From Vicinamibacterales bacterium (lineage in GTDB: Bacteria; Acidobacteriota; Vicinamibacteria; Vicinamibacterales; UBA8438): 64,000 nucleotides of DNA. A model generated the notes under the pieces. It saw only the letters and a list, made by a program, of their open reading frames with translations. It had not been told where the DNA came from and made no database searches. Position numbers and translations under genes: made by a program. Numbering within the stretch: the stretch's first letter is position 1; every line of letters starts with the position of its first letter. Below, piece by piece: positions 19,001-26,891 of the stretch. The stretch is from contig CBDBMY010000008.1 in the NCBI GenBank assembly GCA_965207675.1, forward strand, positions 344,291-408,290. Reading direction: 5' to 3'.

Positions 19001-19595
19001 GGGCGGGCGCCTGCCACGACTTCGCGGACGCGCTGTCGCGCGACGGTGAAGCCGAGCCGTCGCGGTCGCGCCCCCGCCCGAGCTCGATCGCCTCGAGGAC
19101 ATCCAGCAGATCGGCCGCCGCAACGGCGTCGGTGCCCGGAGACCGTTCGAGCAGCTTCACGAAGTTGTCCCGGACCCCCTGGTAGTCGGCGCAGCGGCCG
19201 AAGACCGGGTACGCGGGGTTGGGGCCCGGCGAGGCGCCGCCCTGATCGCCGACCGCGCGCGCGAGGAGCCGCAGCGTCACGAGGGACGGCTCCGGGAAGC
19301 CGGCTGCTGTGCCGAGCGTGCAGACCCTGCCGGGGACGCCGGAGTCCCCGTGCGGCGGCGGGTCGAACCGGCAACGGAACTTGAAGACCCTCGACCCGGG
19401 CAGGTCAGGACTCGACCGGCCGCCTGCCTGCTCGACGAGCCGCGCGAGCGGGTCCGTCGGGGTCACGGCCAGCGTGACCGACTCGCCCGGGAACAGGACC
19501 ATGCCGGGAAGATCGAGCGTCGGGAGCCTCGACACGTCGGGCAGCCCGCGGAACGGTCGAGGGTCGAACGAAGAACGGCTAATCGTGATTGGCAT
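16089..19595 (-). CDS. lon: Lon protease with tandemly duplicated AAA+ module (N domain, AAA+ 1, AAA+ 2, S-K protease)
   Basis: The N domain begins LPTLDLPGMVLFPGESVTLAV. Walker A GPPGVGKTSLA occurs twice (encoded at ~18369-18395 and ~17354-17385). Walker B is LLDEIDK in one copy and LLDEVDK in the other. The Ser box PKDGPSAG and Lys box GGVKEKVLAA are present. I set the start at ATG 19595 (GGAGAG 8 nt upstream); the track ORF extends to 19742. Confidence 0.9.
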   Translation of the reverse strand: MPITISRSSFDPRPFRGLPDVSRLPTLDLPGMVLFPGESVTLAVTPTDPLARLVEQAGGRSSPDLPGSRVFKFRCRFDPPPHGDSGVPGRVCTLGTAAGFPEPSLVTLRLLARAVGDQGGASPGPNPAYPVFGRCADYQGVRDNFVKLLERSPGTDAVAAADLLDVLEAIELGRGRDRDGSASPSRDSASAKSWQAPALPIDVAADFIAVSLIRRIADLDVPVPLQQRWLDILNPGERVRALNAFMVDALEGAGPEKTYERGLKAREEHWRQASERRRDDSLGGRLLKTRLDDVQAQLEDPTKRLRGRIEACGMPREVLNRLRPELDKLSADTAEKVREYFLVLADLPWRGGGPETIDVERARSVLNERHVGLRDAKNRILEHLAVRRRKGDARGQILCFVGPPGVGKTSLAAGVARALGRRFAEMSCNGLTEVADVRGARRDYAASHPGAIIRQLQRIGARNPVFLLDEIDKVGWAPGMALLDALDPTRNAAFHDLYVDLPFDLSEVFFIATANVLGDIPAVLRDRVEAIEIAGYTVEEKFEIAKRILVPARIRDHGLTGGLIAFEDEALRGMIRDHANEMGVRDLDRGVSAICRRTALRLEASSGGAAETTAVTADTVREVLGAGKGGGEVLPGVEGIRAAIDRGGLPDAARRHAKRELQLMLSRSPGDADYGDRFTYLQCLTGLPWNARREEPIDQRRARELLDEGHWGLAKAKARLLEDLAVRKLGGSPRTVLCLVGPPGVGKTSLAQGIADAMGRKFAKMSFAGMSDGTELRGHNRTWRAAQPGRLVRELVRIGSKNPVLLLDEVDKISRVSNSGGDPESALLEVLDPEQNKKFVDNYVEVPFDLSETFFVATANEWSRIAAPLRDRLEKIELPGYSEDEKLEIARAHLVGRQLDENGLAAEGVRFTDGALHALIRGYTREAGVRELGRRIGAVCRKVALRRAGGDESPVEITEPAVADMLGRPPHADEAPSGRMKRPGVAMGLSWTPAGGDVLFVEASRMPGGGALTLTGQLGDVMKESAHAALSWVRANATRYGVAPGFYEAAEVHLHVPAGSIPKDGPSAGVAMVAALVSTLTGRAVRRDLAMTGEITLSGDVLGVGGVKEKVLAARRCGLAGVILPTANASEVDEKLGEDLLRGIDVRFVSTIDEMLARALAPPTAQPA

Positions 19596-19805
19596 TTCGA
19601 TAACTCTCCAGCGGTTCTCGAACCGCTCGGACATTCGATGAAAGGGCCAGCCGGCGCGCTCCGAGCCTCGCGGATGGACGCAGAGCGCACGGAACAACCG
19701 GGCTGCGCGCGAGCCGCCCTCCGCCACGTTGGGCGTTGGCAAAGATCGCCAGCAAGGGCAACCGAACGACTTCCCCGGATTCAGGAATTCGGACGTGTTC
19801 GTCCG

Positions 19806-20265
19806 TCAGGTGCGGCGCTCGCTTCTAGCGGCCCGCCGGGATGCGTGGCATCCCCAAGTCGCCGGTCGCCCTCTGGCGGGGCCGGCTTCGGACCTTGGGT
19901 CCGATCAGGTGCGGGCTCGCTCTTCTAGCGGCCCGCCGGGATGCGTGGCATCCCAAGTCGCCGGTCGCCCTCTGGCGGGGCCGGCTCGGACCTTGGGTCC
20001 GATCAGGTGCGGGGCTCGCTCTTCTAGCGGCCCGCCGGGATGCGTGGCATCCCAAGTCGCCGGTCGCCCTCTGGCGGGGCCGGCTCGGACCTTGGGTCCG
20101 ATCAGGTGCGGGGCTCGCTCTTCTAGCTAGCGGCCCGCCGGGATGCGTGGCATCCCAAGTCGCCGGTCGCCCTCTGGCGGGGCCGGCTTCGGACCTTCGG
20201 TCCGATCAGGTGCGGGGCTCGCTTCTAGCGGCCCGCCGGGATACGTGATATCCCCAAGTCGCCGG
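19806..20265. repeat. Tandem array, ~4.6 copies of a 99-104-bp hairpin-rich unit
   Basis: Unit starts are at 19806, 19905, 20004, 20103 and 20207. The unit is TCAGGTGCGGGGCTCGCTCTTCTAGCGGCCCGCCGGGATGCGTGGCATCCCAAGTCGCCGGTCGCCCTCTGGCGGGGCCGGCTCGGACCTTGGGTCCGA, with three hairpins (GGGATGC-GTG-GCATCCC; GCCGG..CCGGC; CGGACC-TTG-GGTCCG). Confidence 0.9.
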
Positions 20266-20532
20266 GTGCTTCCGAAGCGCTCGGGCGCGTCTTGAGCGTG
20301 GCACACGACGATGCTGCGACGCTACCATGCACATCCGCCCCCTGTCAAAAACGAATCGACCTCGACGAAGCCGGAGCCCGGATCCGTACGGCGAGGGTCG
20401 CCCGCTCAAGCGCCGGCAGCATCCGGTCAAGCCCTACGCGGGGAATCAAGTGGAAACCTGATGGCCCCATCCCCTTCGCAGTGCCACGGACAAACGGCCC
20501 GCGCAACGACGCGGCGCTGCCGAAAGTCGGCG

Positions 20533-20960
20533 TCAATCCGTAGAAGCCGCCCAAGCGATCCGGTCGATCGTCGTCGCACCAGCGCGCGTCCGCCCGCCGA
20601 CGAGCGCTCTGGCGAGCGGCAGGACCTGGGTGCGGATGTCGAGCGGCCGGTAGCCGGTCTGCTCGACGCTCATGTTGATCCACGGGCTGGCCCCGAACGG
20701 CCAGAGTCGTGGTGGTGGCCGTGCACGTTGACGCACCCGTCGGGCACGGAGACGAGCGGCACACTTGCGTGACGATGAGTGGAGGATCGGTGTGGAGGAC
20801 CAACGTCATCACCGAGGCGTCGGCGCCCATCCGACGCGCCTGCCAACGGTACCGAGTGAAGTTGTGGTTGCCGAGGATGACGATCTTCCTACCGGGGAGG
20901 TTCGCGGAGGGAGGCGTCCAGCGACCGAAGAATGCCGCAGCGGCCGCCGAGATCATGGAA
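20533..20960 (-). pseudogene. Decayed third metallophosphoesterase paralog (MPE3)
   Basis: GRKIVILGNHNF, PPLIVT / HASVPLVSVPDGCVNVHGHHH and WINMSVEQTGYRPLDIRTQVLPLARALV are found in three different minus-strand frames. The N-terminal motifs are not recoverable. Confidence 0.5.
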
Positions 20961-21064
20961 CGGGGTCCTTCCCGCCCCACCGTCGGGAAAGCCGAGGACG
21001 ATCGGCGCAGCGCCGCGGACCCGAGGACCCGAGCGCCCATTGGGCGCCGCTGGCAACATGGTGG

Positions 21065-21460
21065 CCGAGCCATCCGCCTCTATTACGACACGCGAAGCCT
21101 GCTCGCCACGATTCGGAGCACGTTCGACCGTGAGACCCGGGGCTCCCGGACGGGGCCCTCCGCCCGGTGCTCGACGCGGATCTGCTGGTGCTCGACGACC
21201 TCGGTGCGGAGCGCGCGACTGAGTGGGTGGACGAGACGATGAACTCCATTGTCAACACCCGCTACAACGACCGCCGCGCCACCATCTTCACGTCGAACTA
21301 CGAGGACGGGCCCGACCCCGACGCGCTTGACTCGCTCCTCGCGCGCGTCGGCTTCCGCATGCACTCGCGGCTCCGCCGATTGGTTTCAAGTACGCGAACG
21401 GTCCGGTCGGTCTCGAGCACATACCAACCGTCGCGGGGTTTTTCTTTGCAGCGTGCGTGA
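21065..21460 (+). pseudogene. DnaC/IstB-like AAA+ ATPase, C-terminal fragment with frameshift
   Basis: ..IRLYYDTRSLLATIRSTFDRET.. in one frame is followed by ..DADLLVLDDLGAERATEWVDETMNSIVNTRYNDRRATIFTSNYEDG..LLARVGFRMHSRL in another. These are the Walker B and sensor regions. No Walker A part is present. Confidence 0.5.
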
Positions 21461-22533
21461 GTATTGCTGTGTTTTGCGATGGTTGCTTTGTGCTGACGCC
21501 GTCGCACGGTGAGTCACGCAGTGGGCGTCCGAAAGTATGGGGCTGGCTTGGTGCTGCTATTGCCTTGGCGGTTGCCGGGGCGGGTGTGGCAACCGCCGAA
21601 TCAGCGTGGGACGACCAATGGCTTCATAGAGAGGCCATATCCGGTATGAGCGTCCTGGGCGCTGTATATTGCGTCGGGGCGTTGGCGGCGTTCGCGGGTC
21701 GGGGATGGTGGTATTGCGACCATACGGGGTTTCGCGCGGGATACTCGCTGGACTTGGCTCGCGGTATGGGACTTGTGGCGCTCGTTCCTGTGGTAGCACA
21801 CGCGGCGGTGTGGCTATTGGCGTTCTGGGGTGCTTTTGGAGTGTCGACGCTTGAGTTGACTTGGACCTACTGGGGAGCGCTAGCCAGTATAGCGGGGTTT
21901 GTGACAGTTGGTGTTATAGGGTGCGGCGCATGCATGCGTGGCGGTATGGTCGACAATGCAATGAAGGCCCTTGCGGCGAAGCACCCGGCGGGGGCCGTTA
22001 GCGTGAGTTGTTTGGGACGTATGGTTACGTTCTCGGTGGCGGGTTTCTTGTGGTGGAACATCGTTGTCGCGCCGGGAATGTACGGAAACGAGCAAGCGCG
22101 GCAGTACTTGGTGGAGAGGATGGTGGATTTCGGCGAAGGGGAAGGAATAGAATTGCGAACGACATTTGTAGCACCGGCGACCAAGGTATATCCGACACCG
22201 GCGGAAGAACGGTATTTTGTGTTTTGCGGCGGGGTTGCTGGGGGTGGGTGCGAGAGACAGGGCGCGATGCAGGAGGTGTGGCATTTTCCGTTGTTGCGGA
22301 ATTTGCCGCGTTTGGTTCCGTTCTTGTATGAACGTGCACAGGCCAGTGATGCGTTGAGAGAAGAGGGCCTTTTTGTTGCGAGGATAGTGCCATCGGTCGC
22401 CGTTGGATGGCCGAGGTTGTGGGAATTCTCCCGCCACAATGTTGAGCGTCTCCGACATTGGGGCAGGATGGATAGTCTGCGGCGGGTAGGTCGGGTGGAC
22501 GGATGGGGCGGCCGGAGTTTGGCGTTATGGTAG
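21457..22533 (+). CDS. Multi-pass membrane protein with soluble C-terminal domain, no family recognised
   Basis: This track ORF lies in a less GC-rich islet. It has several hydrophobic helices (WLGAAIALAVAGAGVATA, MSVLGAVYCVGALAAFAG, GLVALVPVVAHAAVWLLAFWGAF, ALASIAGFVTVGVIGCGAC), followed by a Cys/Trp-containing soluble part. Confidence 0.5.
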   Translation: MSIAVFCDGCFVLTPSHGESRSGRPKVWGWLGAAIALAVAGAGVATAESAWDDQWLHREAISGMSVLGAVYCVGALAAFAGRGWWYCDHTGFRAGYSLDLARGMGLVALVPVVAHAAVWLLAFWGAFGVSTLELTWTYWGALASIAGFVTVGVIGCGACMRGGMVDNAMKALAAKHPAGAVSVSCLGRMVTFSVAGFLWWNIVVAPGMYGNEQARQYLVERMVDFGEGEGIELRTTFVAPATKVYPTPAEERYFVFCGGVAGGGCERQGAMQEVWHFPLLRNLPRLVPFLYERAQASDALREEGLFVARIVPSVAVGWPRLWEFSRHNVERLRHWGRMDSLRRVGRVDGWGGRSLALW

Positions 22534-23074
22534 CGGGGTAGGAGGTGCGGCCTGTGAGGTTGGGAACGGAGTGGGAGCATTGGAATGATGTGCTCGTCCT
22601 TGTCGAAGGACTCGTCGGCGAGATGGAGAAGGGACCACGCGGGAAGGCGGCGGCAATAGGGACTTGAACCGAGGCCGACCGACGGACCAGAGGAGCTACG
22701 GGCACAATGGGCAATAGGGCCGTCGGCTGAAGCTCGGTGGCGGGGCTGGGCCATTGAACTGGCCACAAAACAACACGGCGCCATGGATAGCGGCATGGTG
22801 GACAGGCGGCCGTTTCGAAGGGGGGTTGGTCCGGGAGGGAACCCCGGGAACGCCGGTGGATGCGGGCAGTACCTGGCGGGCGGCGGCGGTGCTCTTCACG
22901 ACGAGTCCGGGATGGCCGGCGACACCCACTCGCGGGCAAAGTGGTCGACGACGAGCGTGTTGCCGTCGTCGCACCGGGGACAGGGCGGCAACGAACGGCC
23001 GGTCAGCGCCTCGTAGCGGTCCCGATAGTCGGTGATGGCCGGGCGGGCGCGCTCTGCCGATGGCAGCGGGGAGG

Positions 23075-23388
23075 CGTGCGATCAAATTGTGGCGCTCGGC
23101 GATCCACGCGCAGGTGCCCAGGGTCAGGATCTGCTGGCGGTTGAGCCGGCGGGGGTGGGTGAAATCGACGGCCTCGAGCGTCGCCGGATAGCGCAGCTTG
23201 GCGGCGTGGAGGCGCCGTTCGAGCTTGCGCTGCTCGCGGGTGGTCCACTCGGTGTCGACGAGCAGGCCGAGCCGCTCCTCGAAGCCGAGGGCGGCGGCCT
23301 CGTCAGTCTGGAGCTGCCGCTGGAGGGCGTCGGCCATACCGCCGAGCTTCATGGCGTTGAGCTTGTCGAGGGTCTGTTCGATCAGCAC
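23075..23388 (-). pseudogene. istB: IS21-family IstB helper ATPase, N-terminal remnant
   Basis: From GTG 23388: MLIEQTLDKLNAMKLGGMADALQRQLQTDEAAALGFEERLGLLVDTEWTTREQRKLERRLHAAKLRYPATLEAVDFTHPRRLNRQQILTLGTCAWIAERHNLI. Family similarity ends before the Walker A box. Confidence 0.6.
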
Positions 23389-23606
23389 GGGTCCTCCTGG
23401 GTGGTGGTGGCGGCGTAGTAGTCGGCGCCGCGGATGCTATGCCGATATCGGCATAGCATCCGTAATGCCGACATCCCGGTTATGCCGCGTGGGCCGCCGA
23501 CCGCCGTGACCCCGCGGCCTTCCTGCAAAGCGATGTCGGCATAATCGGGTTGCCCTTGGCTTGACCGTCATTCCATTCTTCCACCTTGAGAGGAGGGCAA
23601 CGGCCC

Positions 23607-24848
23607 ATGGAACTGCACGCCCACGATGTCGCCGCTCCCACGAACGCTCGTGACCCGCTCCAGCAATGCCGTGATGGATTTCTGGAAAGCCTTGCCGTAC
23701 AAGGCTACTCACCCGCAACAATCGACGTTTATGGCCGCCTCGTGCTGGCCCAGTGTTCCGAGCTGGCAGCCCGAGGTCTTGAGATTGGGAGCCAGGAAGC
23801 CGCCGCTGCCGCCACCTTGGGTGAATTGGCGCCAAAGGCTTCAGCTGCAAGGACGCGCGCACTGTGGGGCAGTGTCGCGAGACGATTCGTCAGATACCTC
23901 TGCGAGCTCGGGATTCTCGACCGGTCCGTACGTAAGGCTGTACCAGAATCGGACGACCTGAGACGTCTCCGTGTAGCGTACGAGAATTGGCTTCGCCATC
24001 AGCGCGGCCTGAGCAACGAAACGGTCAAGAATAACTTGCAGACATTCAACGCCTTCATGCGTTTCCGATTCACGGACGAGGCGATTCAACCCGACCGCAT
24101 AACGCCGGCGGACCTGGTTGCATTTCTTGTGCCCGAGCGCACCCATCGCCAGATCTTTCCCGACCGCACCAAGGCATCGAGGCTGCGCAATCTCCTGCGC
24201 TTTCTGCACTCAAGCGGCAGGGTTCCCAACGCTCTTGTCGAGACCGTATCGCGCACTGCGCGCCACCGCCTGACAACTCCACGCGTGCATCTGGAGCCCG
24301 CCCAGGTTCGGCGCGTGCTCGATGCTGTTCGAGGCGATTCGACTCTCGCTCGCCGCAACTACGCGATCCTGCTGCTGACCGCCCGACTCGGGCTTCGTGC
24401 GCAGGAGGTGGTCGCCATCCGCCTTGAAGATATTCGTTGGCGCGCCGGCGAGCTTCTGATTCGGGGCAAGGGCAATCGTCACGACCCGATGCCCCTCCCG
24501 GTTGACGTCGGTGAAGCGCTGGTCGACTACATCCGTTACGGTAGAAAGGGAACCTGTCGCCACTTGTTCGTCACGGCCCGCGCCCCGTGGCGCCCGTTCG
24601 AGTCTGGCGCTATTGTCGCTCGCGTGCTCGGCGATGCATTGACGGCGGCCGGGCTCAGAGGTCCGCGGCATCGTCGTGGCGTCCATCTGCTCCGTCATTC
24701 CTTGGCAACGACGATGCTACGCCAGGGAGCGTCCTTCGACGAGATCGGCGATGTACTGCGCCATCGGCGTCGTGCGACGACGCTCGTCTACGCCCGCTAT
24801 GACTTGGATGCACTGCGCTCGATTGCACCAGCGTGGCCCGTACCGTAA
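23607..24848 (+). CDS. Tyrosine recombinase, RIT subunit A-like
   Basis: ARLGLRAQEVVAIRLEDIRW..LIRGKGNRHDPMPLP, VHLLRHSLATTML and RATTLVYARY provide the R..HxxR..Y catalytic set. GAGGAGGG lies upstream of ATG 23607. Confidence 0.85.
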   Translation: MELHAHDVAAPTNARDPLQQCRDGFLESLAVQGYSPATIDVYGRLVLAQCSELAARGLEIGSQEAAAAATLGELAPKASAARTRALWGSVARRFVRYLCELGILDRSVRKAVPESDDLRRLRVAYENWLRHQRGLSNETVKNNLQTFNAFMRFRFTDEAIQPDRITPADLVAFLVPERTHRQIFPDRTKASRLRNLLRFLHSSGRVPNALVETVSRTARHRLTTPRVHLEPAQVRRVLDAVRGDSTLARRNYAILLLTARLGLRAQEVVAIRLEDIRWRAGELLIRGKGNRHDPMPLPVDVGEALVDYIRYGRKGTCRHLFVTARAPWRPFESGAIVARVLGDALTAAGLRGPRHRRGVHLLRHSLATTMLRQGASFDEIGDVLRHRRRATTLVYARYDLDALRSIAPAWPVP

Positions 24849-24859
24849 GGAGACCTGCC

Positions 24860-25810
24860 ATGACCACCTTGAGCGATCGACTCGTAGAGTACCTCGACCA
24901 CCGTCGCTGCTTCGGATACCGCGGCATGGGAACCACGGCGGCAATATTGCGCCGCTTTGTAGCCTTTGCTGGCGGCGTCGGTGCGGAGTCAATCAGCACA
25001 GAGTTGTTCCTGGAATGGCGGAAACAGTTCGAGGCGCCGAGCGATGTCACCTGGGGCTGCAACCTGAGTCACGTGCGTGGCTTCGCAAAATGGCTTCATT
25101 GCTTGGACCCACGTACCGAAATCCCATCGGCTGACCTGATCCGACGCGGCAATCGACGCCCGCGCCCCTACATCTACACGAAAGAAGAGCTCACTCGCAT
25201 CGTGGAGTATGCGGCGCAACTGCCCTCAGCACGCGGGTTGAACGCGTGGACCTTCTCGACCCTCTTCGGACTGATTGCCGTGACGGGGCTCCGGCTTGGG
25301 GAGGCACTGGGGCTCGATGAGACCGATGTGGACCTGGACGAGGGAATACTGACAATCACACGAACGAAGAATGGCGAGTTCCGGTTGCTCCCGATCGCGC
25401 TCTCCACCACAGAGCGCCTGGCCGCGTACCGCGCGGTGCGCGACCGGATACTTGGCAGCAGGGCCCAACCATTCTTCCGCACCGAGCAGGATGGGCGACC
25501 GAGCTCCAACTATGTCGAAGCGGTCTTCGCTCGGGTCGGAATGGCAGTCGGCGTTCGCGACGGATGTCCGTCCGGCAAACGGGGTCGTGGTCCGCGCATT
25601 CATGACCTCCGTCATACGATGGCGGTCCGCACCATCATTGGTTGGTACCGTGCCGGACTCGACCCCAACCGAGAAATGATCAAGCTCACGACGTATCTGG
25701 GCCACAAGCACCCATCTCACACCTACTGGTACATGGAAGCCGTGCCGGAACTAATGCGCCTTGCGTGCACACGCGCGGAACGAGTGGCGCACACGGGGGG
25801 TGCGTCATGA
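24860..25810 (+). CDS. Tyrosine recombinase, RIT subunit B-like
   Basis: Motifs are VTGLRLGEALGLDETDVDLDEGILTITRTKNGEFRLLPI, IHDLRHTMAVRTII and LGHKHPSHTYWYM. The gene starts 12 nt after the previous stop. Confidence 0.85.
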   Translation: MTTLSDRLVEYLDHRRCFGYRGMGTTAAILRRFVAFAGGVGAESISTELFLEWRKQFEAPSDVTWGCNLSHVRGFAKWLHCLDPRTEIPSADLIRRGNRRPRPYIYTKEELTRIVEYAAQLPSARGLNAWTFSTLFGLIAVTGLRLGEALGLDETDVDLDEGILTITRTKNGEFRLLPIALSTTERLAAYRAVRDRILGSRAQPFFRTEQDGRPSSNYVEAVFARVGMAVGVRDGCPSGKRGRGPRIHDLRHTMAVRTIIGWYRAGLDPNREMIKLTTYLGHKHPSHTYWYMEAVPELMRLACTRAERVAHTGGAS

Positions 25811-26802
25811 ACCGCAATTTGTTTGCCATCTGCCTTCAGCGGTTCTTCACGGACCACCTCACGACGTGCCTTCGGGCGAGCGCCCATACCATCGCGAGCT
25901 ACCGGGATACCTTCCGCCTGCTGCTGAACTACGCGTCCGATCGACTTGGTCGCACGCCGACGGATCTGTCGTTCGAGGACCTTGACGCAGACCTCGTCGG
26001 TCGTTTCCTGGGCTTCGTCGAGACTGTGCGCGGCAACAGTGTGCGCAGCCGCAACACACGGCTATCGGCCATCCGGTCGTTCTTTAAGTACGCCGCTACA
26101 CATGAGCCGCAGCTTGTTCATCACTGCCATCGGGTTCTTTCCATCCCTGCGAAGAAGTATGAGAGAACGACGGTCACTTACGTCAACCGGGCCGAGATGA
26201 CGGCACTGGTGGCGGCGCCCGATTCGAGCACGTGGTTCGGTCGGCGTGACAGGACCTTGCTGGTTGTCGCGCTGCAAACCGGTCTCAGAGTTTCCGAGTT
26301 GATTGGCCTGTGTCGCGGTGACATCGTGCTCGGCCCCGGAGCGCATGTCCGATGCATGGGCAAAGGACGAAAGGAGCGAGCGACCCCGCTGCGGAAGGAC
26401 AGCGTCGATGCACTACGCTCCTGGCTGACAGAGTGCCCCGGCAATGACGATGATCCGCTGTTCATTAGCGTTCGTGGCGGGCGTCTCAGCCGGGATGCGG
26501 TGGAACGAATCGTGCGGAAATACAGCGCGCTCGCGAGCGACGTGTGTCCGTCACTCAAGGACAAGCGCGTCACGCCGCATGTTCTCAGACATGCTGCCGC
26601 TATGACGTTGCTCCAATCGGGCGTCGATTGTGCGGTGATCGCACTGTGGCTCGGCCACGAGTCGCTCGAAACCACCCGGATCTACCTGCATGCGGATCTC
26701 CAACTGAAGGAGAAAGCAATGGACCAGACGAGACCAGTCGATGTGCCCTCCGGCCGATACCATCCACCTGACGAGGTAATGACGTTCCTCGAGGCGCTGT
26801 GA
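25807..26802 (+). CDS. Tyrosine recombinase, RIT subunit C-like
   Basis: An ATGA overlap links it to the previous gene. Motifs are QTGLRVSELIGLCRGDIVLGPGAHVRCMGKGRKERATPL, PHVLRHAAAMTLLQSG and LGHESLETTRIYLHAD. Confidence 0.9.
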   Translation: MNRNLFAICLQRFFTDHLTTCLRASAHTIASYRDTFRLLLNYASDRLGRTPTDLSFEDLDADLVGRFLGFVETVRGNSVRSRNTRLSAIRSFFKYAATHEPQLVHHCHRVLSIPAKKYERTTVTYVNRAEMTALVAAPDSSTWFGRRDRTLLVVALQTGLRVSELIGLCRGDIVLGPGAHVRCMGKGRKERATPLRKDSVDALRSWLTECPGNDDDPLFISVRGGRLSRDAVERIVRKYSALASDVCPSLKDKRVTPHVLRHAAAMTLLQSGVDCAVIALWLGHESLETTRIYLHADLQLKEKAMDQTRPVDVPSGRYHPPDEVMTFLEAL

Positions 26803-26891
26803 TTATGCCGATATCGGCTTGCGGGAGGACCGCTGTAGACAGGGCCGTCGGCGTTCCGCGCGGCATAACCGGGATGTCGGCATTACGGATG

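Larger units (their letters stand above)
23437..26891 (+). mobile_element. Recombinase-in-trio (RIT) element 1, inserted in IS21 istA
   Basis: It carries three consecutive tyrosine recombinase genes. There are 31-bp perfect terminal inverted repeats: CATCCGTAATGCCGACATCCCGGTTATGCCG at 23457-23487 and its reverse complement at 26861-26891. Inner CGGCATAATC motifs are present. A 6-bp direct repeat CGGATG occurs at 23431-23436 and 26886-26891. Excising the element restores the istA frame ..HANIR|GADYYAATTTQEDPC*. Confidence 0.85.

Noticed and set aside
16062-19049. 995-aa plus-strand ORF and other very long Arg/Pro/Gly-rich ORFs (for example 1257-2624, 9151-10269, 26819-28354, 29126-30577, 31452-33032, 34774-36177, 35534-37156, 41983-43686, 53076-54701, 54771-55844)
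   Set aside because: Each lies antisense to, or out of frame with, a gene that has clear family motifs. Their composition (R, P, G and A dominated, few K, I, N, F or Y) is the expected artefact of stop-poor alternative frames in very GC-rich DNA.
19806-20265. Possible CRISPR array (regular ~100-bp periodicity with palindromic segments)
   Set aside because: The entire unit repeats nearly identically, and there are no unique spacers between conserved repeats. No cas genes are nearby. It is a tandem repeat, not CRISPR. The same reasoning applies to 33405-33750, 28476-28604 and 56285-56395.
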